Origin: Eledone cirrhosa
Taxonomy: Eukaryota
DNA length: 64,000 nucleotides
Reading direction: 5' to 3'
Assembly (NCBI GenBank): GCA_964016885.1
Contig: OZ024742.1
Coordinates: 237,088,001 to 237,152,000, forward strand
The notes beneath the pieces were generated by a model that searched no databases, was not told the origin of the DNA, and saw nothing but the letters and a program-made list of their open reading frames with translations. The translations under genes were made by a program, and so were the position numbers. Shown one piece after another: positions 25,981 to 43,055 of the stretch (the stretch's first letter is position 1; the number at the start of each line of letters is the position of its first letter).

Positions 25981-27132
25981 AGTAAAATTATGCAATTAAA
26001 TGGAATCGCATGTAATATAGTTTATTTCAAAATAATGTTTTTAAAATGTTCAAATTTGTTTCTAACCCAATACAATTATTGGCAGAAGTGCAATTTGTTT
26101 TTAAGTAATCAGACTAAATGGAATTACCATTCTGACATTGAAGTTACATATACAAGACTAAAAGAAATTTTTCTACATTCATCTACTTCAGTGAGCTAGT
26201 GTTAGTACTTTTCTATTGTTTATTGACGAATGATTGCCAGCTATTTGAGAGGTAGGGACGAAAAAAGAGATAGACTTAGTCCCGCGTACTTCTCCAAAGA
26301 GCTAGATTAAACTGGGTGATGGATTAAGTCTACAATCCATGTAAACAACAGCGGGATTTAAAATCAGAATGTTGAGAGTTGGAATAAATACCACCAGGCA
26401 CCTCGTCTGGTCTGTTACTATATTTTGTCGACCTCGAAATGATAAAAGGTGCTGCACTCCAATGACTCAAACACACACTTTCTCGAAAAGAAATAATTGC
26501 ACTTTGGATAATATAGTCTTAGATATCTCCGGAGTTTTCCTCCACAAAATCAGGAGGATTGCATCTCACTGGAGGAAAGAGCCCCATGAGGTAGAATGGC
26601 TGATGTAACGGATGTCGCTGGCTGCTAACTACAGCAATGCTTTCGTACTGCCCAGTCTGCTTCGTCCCTTTTGTTTTATTTAACTTTTCTTCCTAGATTT
26701 TTCTTTTTTCTTCTCCAAGAACCTAAAATGGTTTTGGTTAAAAGAACTTTGATGACAGGTTTAGTCAATCAGAACTTTCTTTTATTACACAAATAAATTA
26801 AGGAAGGAAGACGAGTATTACTGGCCTCTCAGACTGGTGGAAGGGATAGATGAAGAGAGCTAACATCTAATCAGAGACCTGGGCTGAATGCTTGCTACAG
26901 AGTGGGCTTCCCTAATTTCTGCTAAGGACCAGATGACAGTACTAAACCAGATGACCTATTGATTCTACCACCCAGTGTGCAGTGAGCCGGAACAAGTACT
27001 TCAAGACATTTTCTCCTACATTGTAATAATCATATTACTTTCACCCAAGTTAACTATTATCTGTTACCATGTTGTGATGTTCTACACTCGGACAACTCTA
27101 CTATTTTTTATCTAGCTGACTATCATCTGTTG

Positions 27133-27363
27133 CTAACAGTGGAGACTTCTGGTGTCCTTGGCCCTAGGGCTACCTCCCTACTTACCACTACAGGCGCTGA
27201 GCTGGCCAGCCGCAGGTGTGAGCCTCGCCAGATGGAATGGTTCTTCCAGCGCATCTCCCTTACCATCCTCCGGGGAAACGCCTCCTCTATTCTGACCGCA
27301 GGGGCTATGGGGCGGCCAGCTCGTGGGACCCCATTTGCTCATAATCATAATACAGAGAAATGA
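27133..27363 (+). mobile_element. CRE-like LINE 3' end (RLE C-terminus)
   Basis: VETSGVLGPRA..L.......EPRQ.EWFFQRISLTILRGNASSIL is typical of the CRE clade. Confidence 0.7.
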
Positions 27364-27499
27364 GGAGGGCGAGAGAGATGAAGGCGATGACAGTGGGAGT
27401 TCGGTTCTTCCGTGTTCGGACACATTTGTCAAACTGTAGGTTTTATGAAACAATTGTACCACTAGAAAAGGAGAAGTAATTGAAGTGGTGTATGAAGTA

Positions 27500-27668
27500 C
27501 CATACTTCCCGGCGCCGAAGATGCTTCGCCCTCGAGGACGCACCATAATTTTGACAACCAAAAGTTAAAAAAAATAATAATAAATAAACTTCGGCCTCCA
27601 GGACGCATGGTAGATTTTTTAGACTTATTTTAGGAAAAAAGAAGCGTCTTCGACGCCGGGAAATACGG
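27500..27668. mobile_element. Tc1/mariner (Tigger-like) MITE
   Basis: TA|ccatacttcccggcgccgaagatgc ... gcgtcttcgacgccgggaaatacgg|TA. Confidence 0.8.
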
Positions 27669-28035
27669 TAATTATGGTCATCGTGAGAAAATCATTGCAC
27701 TATAATAATTTGATAGTTTCATTATCACCTCACACGTTATACTCTACTACTTTCTCCCTAGCTAATCATCAACTGTTGTGATGTCCTAATGTCCTACACG
27801 CTAACAAGTCTACTACTTTCACTCTAGATAACCATCATCTGTTGCTAACTCTACTATTTCTCCCTAGTTAATTGTAAGATGTTACCATCTCATAATGTCC
27901 TTCACTAACAACTCTGTTACTTTCACCCTATTTAAACATCATCTGTTGCTATGTCATGATATCATTCGTTGCAACAACTCGGAAACTTTCTCCCTAGTTA
28001 ACCGTCTACTGTTGCAATGTCGTGATGTTCTACGC

Positions 28036-28249
28036 CAGGCATGTCAAACTGAGGGTTCCTCGAGGGCCACATGGTTCACATATGTGTTGTCTGAGGGCCA
28101 CACAACTAATTGCGCACATTACAACTAATTTTTTAAATTTTATATTACGAAGATAAAACATGTTCGCTCTGTAAAAACCTTTGTGCGGGCTGTGGGTGTG
28201 CTTGTAAAGGGTCGCATGCAGCCCGCGGGCTGCATATTTGACATGCCTG
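28036..28249. mobile_element. hAT MITE
   Basis: TIRs caggcatgtcaaa/tttgacatgcctg; 8-bp TSD ttctacgc/ttctacac. Confidence 0.85.
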
Positions 28250-29318
28250 TTCTACACTATAATAACTTTACTACTTTCACTTAAGTTATCCATCAACTGT
28301 TGCTATGTCGTGAGAATTAAAATGATGCTCATTCCTCATTGGACCGCATTCATTGAACCACATAACAAACTTTAATAACTGTATCATGAACTGTAATTAA
28401 TGTGTGCTTTCGTCTAGAATATTGATTTCTATGTGACATAGAAGAAATGTGTAGAGTTGAGTAAACTCTTAAACATATTGTTACTCATTTAATTAATCAC
28501 AAAATAAATGAAAATTTAATTTGGAAAGACCTGAATTCACATGTGGTAAAGTCAGTCGAAGAGCAGATACTATAGAACATAAGTTTCCAAACAGTGTCGC
28601 GACAATATAGTGTGTAACCTGTTATCTGTAGGTGTGTCACGACACATTAGTGTGTAACGATACTTTAGAAAGGGTATCCAGTGAAAGAATCCATGCTAAA
28701 AATGGCATGAGATATGGACTTTGCAATATATTAAAATTGACACACAGAGAGGAGGGAATTCTTTAGTTCAGTCATAGAGAATAACTTCACTAATTCTGAT
28801 GGTAGGATACATAAAATGTTCCTAGTTCAGAGTGTGAGACATACTCAACAGCAAGAGAGGACAGCTTTCACTGTTGCTATATCTGCTAGATGACAGTCTG
28901 TGATGAGTGACAAAAGACCACGAAACTCATCAAACTCTCAAATGGAAAAACAAGCACTAAATCATGATGATATATAACATTGGACTGCATTTCCAGCAGT
29001 AAGTGTGTCACCAAAATCTCTACATGTGTCACGACATTTTATTGTGTCGCTGATAATCTCTAGTTGTATCACAGCACTTTAATGTATCGCTTATAATATT
29101 TAAGAATGTTCTGACACTTTAGTGTGTTACTGACAATCTCTAGATGTGTCACCAATTATCTCTAATTTAAATGTCACCGAAAATCTCTAGGTATGTCCCA
29201 CAATCTCCCCAGGTGTGTCACCTATAACATCTATGCGTGTGGCCTATAATCTCTAGATGTGTCACAATACTTTAGTGTGCCGCGAAATTAAGCAAAATTT
29301 GATCAATTTTTAGGAATA

Positions 29319-29691
29319 ACTAGACTACCCGTGACCCGTTGGGTCTCGTTCACTTCAAAATATTTTTTTTAAATCATGTTTACTTAAAAATAATTTTTAA
29401 ATAATTTTAAAATAAATATTCGCAGACGTGTATATAATGTGAAATGAAACTGGAACTCATTGTGAAACGAACAACCACTATCTGTTTCTCTCTCTCTCTA
29501 TTTATGAAGGTACCCGAAAAACCCCACATCTCGGGAACCAGTGATCCGATTTGCGCGAAACTTGTTTTATTCCATTTGTATTTCCATTTCAGGGGCAACT
29601 TCCTTTCAAAGTATTTTCCCATTATGCACTCTTTTAGCTGTATTATATTACAGACAAGCAAGCAATCACAGACTTTTAGTAATATATAGAT
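29319..29691 (-). mobile_element. Non-autonomous Helitron-like element
   Basis: Minus strand starts atctatatattactaaaa and ends with a GC hairpin and CTAG. Confidence 0.6.
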
Positions 29692-31197
29692 AGAAGATAG
29701 ATTGCTTGTAAAGTCTATGTAAGATCTGACAAATCTACGTCCAACTAGACACGTGATATGATATTTAATACTTTATTAATTTCAGTGTTACTGACAAAGC
29801 TTAATGTGTCACGAAAAGAAAAGAAATTAAAAAAGCAAGTTACCTTTACCATAGAAATAGAACATTCAGTTCAGGGCGATTGATTGGTGGAATTATTAGA
29901 GCATCGGATGAGATGCCTTACAATCTTTGTTTCTACATTTTACGTTCTAAGTTCTTGATCGTTAGATTTAATCCATTGAATGGTTTCACCTCAAAACTTG
30001 GTCCTTGGATGACGTTAGTGGAGGTCACTTTGCTGCAATCATTCTGATCGGGTCAACAATTTAAGGATAATATTTTCCCTTGTTCCTACCAGACGCAGAG
30101 GACCGGAAAAAATAAGGGTCGTGGGTGCTGTCTTTTTCTCTCTAAAGAACTAAAATCTAGAACGACATGCCTTTGAAAGGTCTGCCACTTTTAACTTTAA
30201 ACTCACTGTTTTCTTCAACAAAGATAATTCTAATACGCACTAGAGACTGGAGGTTAAATGATCAAACACACTTCTAAACACAAAAACTGTAGAAAGGACA
30301 GATACAAGAAAATGGTTGTTATCATTATGAAATACGCAGGAAATTGAAGCCCCCCGCCCATCCTCTGCAGTCACTGATTAATAGTATTAGCGTGTCTCAA
30401 AGATATGTATTTGCTAGAAAGGTTTTCCATATCGAAATATTGTCAATTGCAGTTAATAAGAAGAATTTTGAAAATTGTTCTCGGAATACCGAAAAGAAAT
30501 AGAAGAAATTTGAACATTGTTCTCAACAAATAGTAAAGAAATAACTATAAGAAATATTTCCTGTCATTAAATGAATTAAATGTATCTTTCTGTGTCTGGA
30601 TGGTACTTTCTGATATTTCTTTCAACAGAATATTTCTTACCTTCTTCAACTTATGCAAACCAAGAAACTATACTCTTTTACTTTGATGATTCGAAGAAAA
30701 ATTTTCAATAGATATTAGAGCTGATTTTTAAAAGCTATTTCGAAGTGAACTTCAAAATAATTAATATTAAAGGTTGGTTGTGGCAATAAAAGTAATTTCT
30801 CATGAAGATAATTGCCCTGGAGTGGTGGTATATTGAAGTAAGTTACAACAGATTTTGAGTAGATTGAGGTGAATGAAATAAATTCCAAGCAATATAATAT
30901 TCTCTATATACTTACAAATTATTTCTTTATGATATAGTATGTATTGGTAAATTGAAAGTTTTCTGTATTAATGTTCGTATGTGCATAGAGAAAAACACGC
31001 AATTGCAATACACACACATACACACACGCACGCACACACATACACACACACACATATATATATATATATAAATGCCTCTTGAATCATATCGATCTAAATT
31101 TCCCACTATATATATATATGTGTGTGTTATATATATATATATAACAACAATAAAAAGACGATTTGTTATGTCTTCATTACGTTTATTGAGTAGTGAC

Positions 31198-31512
31198 GGG
31201 GTATGCGTGTGGCTTGGTTAGAATGTTCGGCTCACGATTGTAAGGCTGTGAGCTCGATTCCCGGCAGCGCCTTGAGTATTTGATTAAGATACTTTATTTC
31301 ACGCTACGCCAATCCACTCAGCTAGCAAAAATGAGCTGTACCTGTAATTCAATGAGTCATCTGTGTTACAATGTACCACACTGAAATGTCATGAAGACTA
31401 AAAGCACATTTGTCTGTAGAATGCCCAGTCACTTGCAAGTTAATTTCATGAGCAGGTTCTCTGGTTGAACAAATAAAGGGAGCATTGTCGTCGCAACCGA
31501 TGAAGATCCAAC
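31198..31512 (+). mobile_element. tRNA-derived SINE family 2
   Basis: tRNA-like head (tggcttggttag..tcgattcccgg) plus body cacttgcaagttaatttcatgagcagg. Related copies at ~60720-61235 (+), ~14200-14420 (-) and ~1065-1370. Confidence 0.65.
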
Positions 31513-32100
31513 ATACATACACTTGAGAGGTCGATTTTGTCTTTAATGCCTTGAGTGTGGTGATCTGCAGCAAACAGTTTTTAAATTAATGTGTCCGTGT
31601 TTTTCACTGTCTATGTGTGCTCACATATATCATCTCTACAACATGACATCAGCAGTTATAAAGTAAAGAAGCAATATCCGACACTTAAAACATGAATTTA
31701 CAATCCTCATAAAACTAAACTGTAATATACACGATGTAGAATATCTCACAAACTGCAATGTCTTTGTGTAACAGTATAAATCTCCACAATTTATTGAACC
31801 TCTGTATAATGCCCACCCCTTATTATTTAATGTCTTTAATGTCGACAATCGTGTAAAGTTTACAATCAATTATTTCTGAATGTCTTGGATAAATTTAAAT
31901 ATATGATATTCGTTTTACTTAAGTTGGTCAAGAGAGAGTGGGGGCAGTGCCCAGAGGATTCTCGCAGACTGGTGAGTTTGATGTGGTTGATATTCAGTTT
32001 GGATATTACTGGTAATAATGTAATTAAGAAATTACTGACCTTCCTGTTTATAGTTATTTATACTATATACATAACTATAAATAGTATTATTATATATATA

Positions 32101-32369
32101 TTAGAAATTGAGGGTTTTTTTTACAAAATGAAAAATAACCGAGGTGTCCTACACGAGTGAAAGTATAAAGAAAAAAAGATGAAATCGAAAATGCAACTGG
32201 AGTCTTATTTTAAAAAAAATATATATATTTATTTGGTTCCTTTACCGGTTTCGCAGTTCTTCTGCTTTTCAAAAGTAGAGTTGAGATGGAGGGTCTGTGG
32301 TTAAATAAATATTTTTTTTTTTTTTTAAATAAGACTCCAGTTGCATTTTCGATTTCATCTCTTTTTCTT

Positions 32370-32372
<3 letters not shown>
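32101..32372 (-). mobile_element. PLE 3'-end hairpin at the left edge of the giant (TA)n array
   Basis: 32163-32235 is inverted at 32300-32372; tail 32101-32162. Confidence 0.7.
32240..32275 (-). ncRNA. Minimal hammerhead ribozyme, U3:A8 variant
   Basis: ctt-UUGAAAA-gcag(aagaa)ctgc-GAAA-ccgg-UA-aag. Confidence 0.75.
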
Positions 32373-35091
<2,719 letters not shown>

Positions 35092-37658
35092 TAGGAGGTG
35101 AGTTTTATTGTAGTACAATAAAGCAATGCAGATATCGGATAAGAAGCACTCTACAGTTTGTGGGACTGGAGTATGCATAATATAAGATCAAAAGATGGTT
35201 AAAGGAGTTCAATATATTTTATTATGCGCATTTCAAAAACAAACATCATCAAACAATAATATTTGTGTTTTCATCAGATAAAACAGGAGAACATGATATG
35301 AAGGCTAAAAAAAACACTTGTTGATAGTGCAGTTTTAAATCAACATATGAAAAGTGGTTTTAGATTGATGTGTGATATTGGGAAAAATATTTTATTTAGA
35401 GAGGGGGGGAGAGAAAAGGATGAAAAGGGAAGGAGATGAGAGGGAGAGATGGGTGATAGAGAGAAAGAGATAGTTTTTATAACAGAGAGGAGATATATTT
35501 TATATAGAGGGGTTGAAAACCGTTGGAAGATACTGTATAAATTAAAAATTTTGAAAATTAACGAAGGGAGGATATGTGCGAGGAAAAAATATATTATATT
35601 TAGGGAGGGGTGGGGGTGGAAAGGATGAAAAAAATGGGAGGAGATGAGAGTGAAGGTGGAAAGGGAGAGATGGGTGATAGAGAGAAAGAGATAGTTTTTA
35701 TAACTGAGAAAAAGATATAATGTTTTAATATAGAGAGGTTGGGAACCGTTGGAAGATAATGTATAAATTAAAGGAATTTGAAAATTAACGAAGGGAAATT
35801 ATGTATGGAGATAGAGAGAAAAAAATAACGAAGGGAGATTATGTATGGAGATAGAGAGAAAAAAAAATAATAATTGTGGGTGAATATTCAAAAGGAGAAA
35901 TGTAGGAATTTTAAAATTAGCAAAGAGAAAAAGTTTATGTATAGGATTTGAGAAAAATAATGTGAAGTTAAAGTTTTTATATTGAATTCATATGTATTAA
36001 TAATGAGTTCGTTGATGGGGAGAAAAAAATAATAATAAATTAAGGATGAAATTGAGATTAAAAAGATTTATGATAGAGAGAAAAAATAATAATGATTGCG
36101 GATGAATACTCAAAATGTCAAAAACAAATGTTATTGTTTTACGAGGAGATATAATGAGGGTGATGAGTAAACGGGTATTATAGAGTGTATAATGCCCTTT
36201 AAAGTAAGGTAGATGGGTATATTTTAAAGAATATATGAGTATATATTAAAAAAAATATATAATAATAAATTAAGGATGAAATTGAGATTAAAAAGATTTA
36301 TGATAGAGGGAAAAAAAATAATAATGATTGCGGATGAATATTCAAAATGTCAAAAACAAATGTTATTGTTTTACGAGAAGATAGGATGAGGTAAATGAGT
36401 AAACGAGTACTATAGAGTGTATAATGCCCTTTAAAGTAAGGTAGATGGGTATATTTTAAAGAGGTGTATGTATATGTGCCTTTGAGAAAAGATTCTAAAT
36501 TGATAAAGAATTGAATATTAACTGTATACTTTGTGAAAAGTTCTATGGAATTTATGCAGGCAGATGGAAAACAAATCCGAGCGTCTATTTATTATGGATT
36601 CTAGGTTAGAGATAATGGTAAATTTTTCATTTAGGCAGAGATTACAGATTTTAGATAGAGAACTGTTCAAGTACGAGGATGCAGAAGAAATCTTTTTCCA
36701 AAAGATGTTATATTTAATGTTTTTGTCTTTTAAGGACCATATGAGTTCTGAGAGAGCAGTGTTAGTTCTTTTAAGTTTGTATTTGAAAGATGAATGATGA
36801 TTATAGAGACGAGCTTTAAAAGAGGTGGAAGTGGAGCCAAAATAGGTGAAGGAGTTGGTGCTAGTTATAATTTTACATTCATAAATTAAGTTTTTATCGA
36901 GGCAATGGTTGTTGAGAGGACATTTATTTTTAATGCGGCAGTTGCAATTAGAGAGATTATTAATGAGTGATCTAGTGTTATCTATAGAAGGAATTGGATT
37001 GGAGAAGTTGTTTGCGATAGGAATAATAGGAATAATAGTTTCTTGATTTAGAGTTGGATTATGAACATTTAGCGAAGTTGTGTTTGACGTTGCATTTGGG
37101 TTTACAGAAGTTAGCCTAGGGTTTACAATGACGTCAGGAGTACTATTATTGTTATTATGAGATTCAATATTGGAAGGAAGAGATTTAGTATTTAATATTT
37201 TGTTGTTGTGTTTAGAAATGATGTTGGAAATATTGGAGGATGTAGAATACGAAAATTTAATGGTGTGTTTGTTAAATATTTTACTATAGATATGTGAGGG
37301 AGGGAAGCATTTATTTAAGGCACTAAAAAATAATTTAGGAATATTGTTATTAATAGAGATGGAGAAAGGAGCATTATACCAGATTATGTTTTTGTATCTA
37401 GGTCTTTTATTAAAATTATTGGAATGGTTATGATTAAATATTCTACTGTAAGTTTTCCTAGAATTTGTTTCTTTATTATATTTGATTTTATCTGGATAGC
37501 CGGCTTTAGAAAGTGCGTTATTATAGTAATTGGCGTTAGCATCAAAGATGTTTTTATTAGAAGATATGTTAGATATTCTATTTCCAATATTATTAACTAT
37601 AGCATTCTTGATATTGGTAGGATGGTTAGATTTAAAGTTAACATAATTAAGATTCTCA

Positions 37659-38648
37659 TTGTTTAATTCTAGGAAAACTTACAGTAGAATATTTAATCAT
37701 AACCATTCCAATAATTTTAATAAAAGACCTAGATACAAAAACATAATCTGGTATAATGCTCCTTTCTCCATCTCTATTAATAACAATATTCCTAAATTAT
37801 TTTTTAGTGCCTTAAATAAATGCTTCCCTCCCTCACATATCTATAGTAAAATATTTAACAAACACACCATTAAATTTTCGTATTCTACATCCTCCAATAT
37901 TTCCAACATCATTTCTAAACACAACAACAAAATATTAAATACTAAATCTCTTCCTTCCAATATTGAATCTCATAATAACAATAATAGTACTCCTGACGTC
38001 ATTGTAAACCCTAGGCTAACTTCTGTAAACCCAAATGCAACGTCAAACAGGCTAACTTCTGTAAACCCAAATGCAACGTCAAACACAACTTCGCTAAATG
38101 TTCATAATCCAACTCTAAATCAAGAAACTATTATTCCTATTATTCCTATCGCAAACAACTTCTCCAATCCAATTCCTTCTATAGATAACACTAGATCACT
38201 CATTAATAATCTCTCTAATTGCAACTGCCGCATTAAAAATAAATGTCCTCTCAACAACCATTGCCTCGATAAAAACTTAATTTATGAATGTAAAATTATA
38301 ACTAGCACCAACTCCTTCACCTATTTTGGCTCCACTTCCACCTCTTTTAAAGCTCGTCTCTATAATCATCATTCATCTTTCAAATACAAACTTAAAAGAA
38401 CTAACACTGCTCTCTCAGAACTCATATGGTCCTTAAAAGACAAAAACATTAAATATAACATCTTTTGGAAAAAGATTTCTTCTGCATCCTCGTACTTGAA
38501 CAGTTCTCTATCTAAAATCTGTAATCTCTGCCTAAATGAAAAATTTACCATTATCTCTAACCTAGAATCCATAATAAATAGACGCTCGGATTTGTTTTCC
38601 ATCTGCCTGCATAAATTCCATAGAACTTTTCACAAAGTATACAGTTAA
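37659..38648 (+). CDS. PLE ORF C-terminal part: thumb end, CxCx5C linker, GIY-YIG endonuclease (5'-truncated)
   Basis: IWYNAPFS..KIFNKHTIKFSYST; CNCRIKNKCPL..C; LIY..YFGST..FKARL..H; CNLCLNE; CLH. Confidence 0.85.
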   Translation: MFNSRKTYSRIFNHNHSNNFNKRPRYKNIIWYNAPFSISINNNIPKLFFSALNKCFPPSHIYSKIFNKHTIKFSYSTSSNISNIISKHNNKILNTKSLPSNIESHNNNNSTPDVIVNPRLTSVNPNATSNRLTSVNPNATSNTTSLNVHNPTLNQETIIPIIPIANNFSNPIPSIDNTRSLINNLSNCNCRIKNKCPLNNHCLDKNLIYECKIITSTNSFTYFGSTSTSFKARLYNHHSSFKYKLKRTNTALSELIWSLKDKNIKYNIFWKKISSASSYLNSSLSKICNLCLNEKFTIISNLESIINRRSDLFSICLHKFHRTFHKVYS

Positions 38649-39881
38649 TATTCAATTCTTTATCAATTTAGAATCTTTTCTCAAAGGCACATATACATAC
38701 ACCTCTTTAAAATATACCCATCTACCTTACTTTAAAGGGCATTATACACTCTATAGTACTCGTTTACTCATTTACCTCATCCTATCTTCTCGTAAAACAA
38801 TAACATTTGTTTTTGACATTTTGAATATTCATCCGCAATCATTATTATTTTTTTTCCCTCTATCATAAATCTTTTTAATCTCAATTTCATCCTTAATTTA
38901 TTATTATATATTTTTTTTAATATATACTCATATATTCTTTAAAATATACCCATCTACCTTACTTTAAAGGGCATTATACACTCTATAATACCCGTTTACT
39001 CATCACCCTCATTATATCTCCTCGTAAAACAATAACATTTGTTTTTGACATTTTGAGTATTCATCCGCAATCATTATTATTTTTTCTCTCTATCATAAAT
39101 CTTTTTAATCTCAATTTCATCCTTAATTTATTATTATTTTTTTCTCCCCATCAACGAACTCATTATTAATACATATGAATTCAATATAAAAACTTTAACT
39201 TCACATTATTTTTCTCAAATCCTATACATAAACTTTTTCTCTTTGCTAATTTTAAAATTCCTACATTTCTCCTTTTGAATATTCACCCACAATTATTATT
39301 TTTTTTTCTCTCTATCTCCATACATAATCTCCCTTCGTTATTTTTTTCTCTCTATCTCCATACATAATTTCCCTTCGTTAATTTTCAAATTCCTTTAATT
39401 TATACATTATCTTCCAACGGTTCCCAACCTCTCTATATTAAAACATTATATCTTTTTCTCAGTTATAAAAACTATCTCTTTCTCTCTATCACCCATCTCT
39501 CCCTTTCCACCTTCACTCTCATCTCCTCCCCTTTTTTTCATCCTTTCCACCCCCACCCCTCCCTAAATATAATATATTTTTTCCTCGCACATATCCTCCC
39601 TTCGTTAATTTTCAAAATTTTTAATTTATACAGTATCTTCCAACGGTTTTCAACCCCTCTATATAAAATATATCTCCTCTCTGTTATAAAAACTATCTCT
39701 TTCTCTCTATCACCCATCTCTCCCTCTCATCTCCTTCCCTTTTCATCCTTTTCTCTCCCCCCCTCTCTAAATAAAATATTTTTCCCAATATCACACATCA
39801 ATCTAAAACCACTTTTCATATGTTGATTTAAAACTGCACTATCAACAAGTGTTTTTTTTAGCCTTCATATCATGTTCTCCT

Positions 39882-39950
39882 GTTTTATCTGATGAAAACA
39901 CAAATATTATTGTTTGATGATGTTTGTTTTTGAAATGCGCATAATAAAAT
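39882..39950 (+). ncRNA. Minimal hammerhead ribozyme (mirror 35216-35284, minus)
   Basis: gttttat-CUGAUGA-aaacacaaatatta..tgatgtttgttttt-GAAA-tgcgca-UA-ataaaat. Confidence 0.85.
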
Positions 39951-39994
39951 ATATTGAACTCCTTTAACCATCTTTTGATCTTATATTATATATG

Positions 39995-40027
<33 letters not shown>

Positions 40028-40028
40028 G

Positions 40029-40337
<309 letters not shown>

Positions 40338-40985
40338 TCAGGTTATCAATAATGTAGTGATAATATATCATTACGTTAGAGATGAACAGCGTACGTGCAG
40401 GTTTGCTCAACGAGTATAAATTATATTCCGGAGAAATGTAGAAAGGATGAATATAAAATGAAAGTGCTTTTGTTAAAAAAGGAATTTATTAGGTATTGAC
40501 ATATGTTTCTGTAACAGACCGAATACCTATGTATCGCTGCTTGCGTAATCATATAATGTTAGCAAGTATTCGATAGCAAATGTATAATCAGTTGTCACTT
40601 CTTCAGAGATTTTGGATAAACTGGATAAAATCAGAAAAATTGAAGTATTTATATTAGTAAAAGAGGAAGGAACAGAGGGGATAGAATATGACAGATGGTA
40701 AAATAATTTACTGCTAAACAAGTATATAATGGGTTTTTAATGAGAATACCATGAGTAAATCTAAATAAGAATTTTGGGGGTGCCGATTTTAATCTCTACT
40801 TGACCAACTGGACAGTGGACAGGGCTGGTCATTTGGTGCAGTAGTATTAATCATAAAGTGTCAATTGGGGAAGGGGGAGATTTCGATTGCTACTAAATAA
40901 CATCAATGCTAGTGGTCAGCTGGTATTTGCTCTAGGGAATTGAATCAAAAAATCAGAAATCTCATTTTATCTATAGCAGTTTGTA

Positions 40986-43053
40986 TTAAAAGGTAAATAA
41001 TAGAAGAGTTGATAGAATTAAGACTAATAAAGAATGTTCATATCTATTTTGACAATCAAACGGGGATAGAGACAGGCGTTCAATCCTGGTAGTATTATAA
41101 TATGAAAATGTAGATTTTAAGCGATGGTTACAGTATAACGATCGCTCTATTCTATTATTTAATAAAATGTTTTTGGATTTCATAATACAAAATAATTCTA
41201 CATTACATAATCTACAAAATTCCTGTCCATTGAAATATGGGGGGGCAGCCGCTATTATATCCCATTTTAGGTGAAATTGTTGGTTATTTTCACGCAGCTG
41301 CCAAGCCTTGTCTGCGAGTGTTGTTACATAACGCTGGTTTTCATGTTTTATCGAATAACGATGTCTATAAAGGCGTGATTTAAAGGAGGTGGCTGTAGAT
41401 CCCACATAGTACCACTTCTGTCTATCCGATTCGATAGTACATTTGTATACGATGTTGCGTTCAAGACACTGGTTGTTCAACGGACACATTCCTGGTTGGA
41501 CACAGTTGCAATTACAATTTTGCGTTGTTGTATTGCCATGGATGGGTTGATGAGGTTGCTTATGTAGAACAGGATGTTGTTTGTTGTTTTGTGATGTTAT
41601 AGCTAATGTTTTACGTGTATTGTTATGTGTTGGAAGGCGTTTATACAACCGTTTTGCGTTAAGCATTTTTATATGTTGTTCAATATTAGGGGCGGTTGAA
41701 TATGAAAGTCGGATGGTGTTAGGGTTTAAGATTTTATTATATTTATGTGATGTTGGAAAGTGTTTTCTAACTAATCGAAAGAATTTTGAGGGTAGATTGG
41801 TTTTAATAGATTTGTTATAGACCGGGTTGTACCAGATATACTCCTTACATCGCCTTCTGTTTGGTGGTGTGCGACTATTATTGTGTCTATTGCGGTAGTG
41901 TATGTATGGTGGTGATTCTGTGCTATTTCTACTCCTATGTGATTTATTTTGGGTGTTTTGGTGATCATTGACTATATACTCTATATTATCTAGGTGACCG
42001 GCTTTCCTAAGTGCATCATCATAATACTCGGCATGTTCTTTGAAGGTTTGTTGGTTGGACGATAGGTGGGAGATTCTAAGAGAAACATTTCTAGGGATGG
42101 ATTTAATTATAGAGAGTGGATGGTTAGAACTCGTATTTACATATTTAAGGTTCTCATTTAGTTTATGGAACGGTTTAATCGTATCTGTATTGAGATTGAA
42201 AGTAACATCAAGGAAATTGACCTCTTTGAGGTTATATTCAAATGTAATATTTAATCCTAGTTCTTTAAAAAGTTTTCTGATATTTTTACGCATCCTTTCT
42301 AAATTCTGGTTATTCATATTCTTAACTAATAGGAGCGCATCGTCACGGTAAATTCCACCGTGGAGATCCTTGAATTTTCCTTGTAATCTGTGGGTGATAT
42401 AAATTCCCACAAGATCTGTTACCTCCGCCGAATCATTAGAACCCATAGTGATATCAAAATTAGAAGGTCTATCTTTGCGAACCCAGTAGCTATCATCGAA
42501 TTTAACTATAGTTTTTCTCGCTTCCATAATAATTTTAATTTCAGCATCCGTAAGGTCGGAATTATCCTTAGCGAACGAAAGAGCTTCATGTAGAGTATCA
42601 GGTGAAATTGAGGAATAATATTCATCAATATCAAACTGAATAAATTTTGATTTTTTCTTATCAGTAATGTTGTTAAACCATCTTATTGCTTCATGAGTGT
42701 TACCCCATAGTTTAATCTCTACTTTAACCTTAACTTGGGGGATAATTCTGTCTAGTATATATTTGCTAATTTTACCTATATCAGATTTAGAGGGGCATAT
42801 AAGTCTAATATTAGGGTTAGTATCGAAGTTTACCTTGTGGTCCTTCAGGTTGAAGGATGGTATAGCTGGTGTTAAGGGTTGCGTTCTATCGTCAATACAA
42901 AGTTTTTTAACAATATCACATGCCGAGTTGTTGATGTTTTTAAGTGTGGCTTCATTAGTTTTCCTGTATTTTTTATGCAATTCCTTACGGATGAAGTTAT
43001 TGTAAGTGTCCACATCCATGGTATATACGTTTGATGTTTTGTCTGCTCTAACA
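40986..43053 (-). CDS. PLE reverse transcriptase + GIY-YIG endonuclease (5'-truncated, open)
   Basis: ADKT motif, KDHK..RLI, QFDIDEYYSSI, TMGS..SAE, IYRDD, FLDV, SNHP, CNCVQPGMCPL, IVY..YVGST..R, CRLC..E. The first ~17 aa of the track ORF come from the hairpin junction. Confidence 0.92.
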
Positions 43054-43055
43054 AT

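Larger units (their letters stand above)
26990..28315. repeat. Degenerate ~60-bp minisatellite interrupted by three TEs
   Basis: Recurrent catctgttgct..gtgatgttctacac..aactctactactttc..ctagtta. Confidence 0.6.
35092..39990. mobile_element. Hydra-like PLE, head-to-head 4.9-kb palindromic insertion
   Basis: Minus copy 35092-~37660 (with tail 35092-35178); plus copy ~37664-39990. Arms are nearly identical over ~2.3 kb; (TA)n flanks. Confidence 0.92.
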
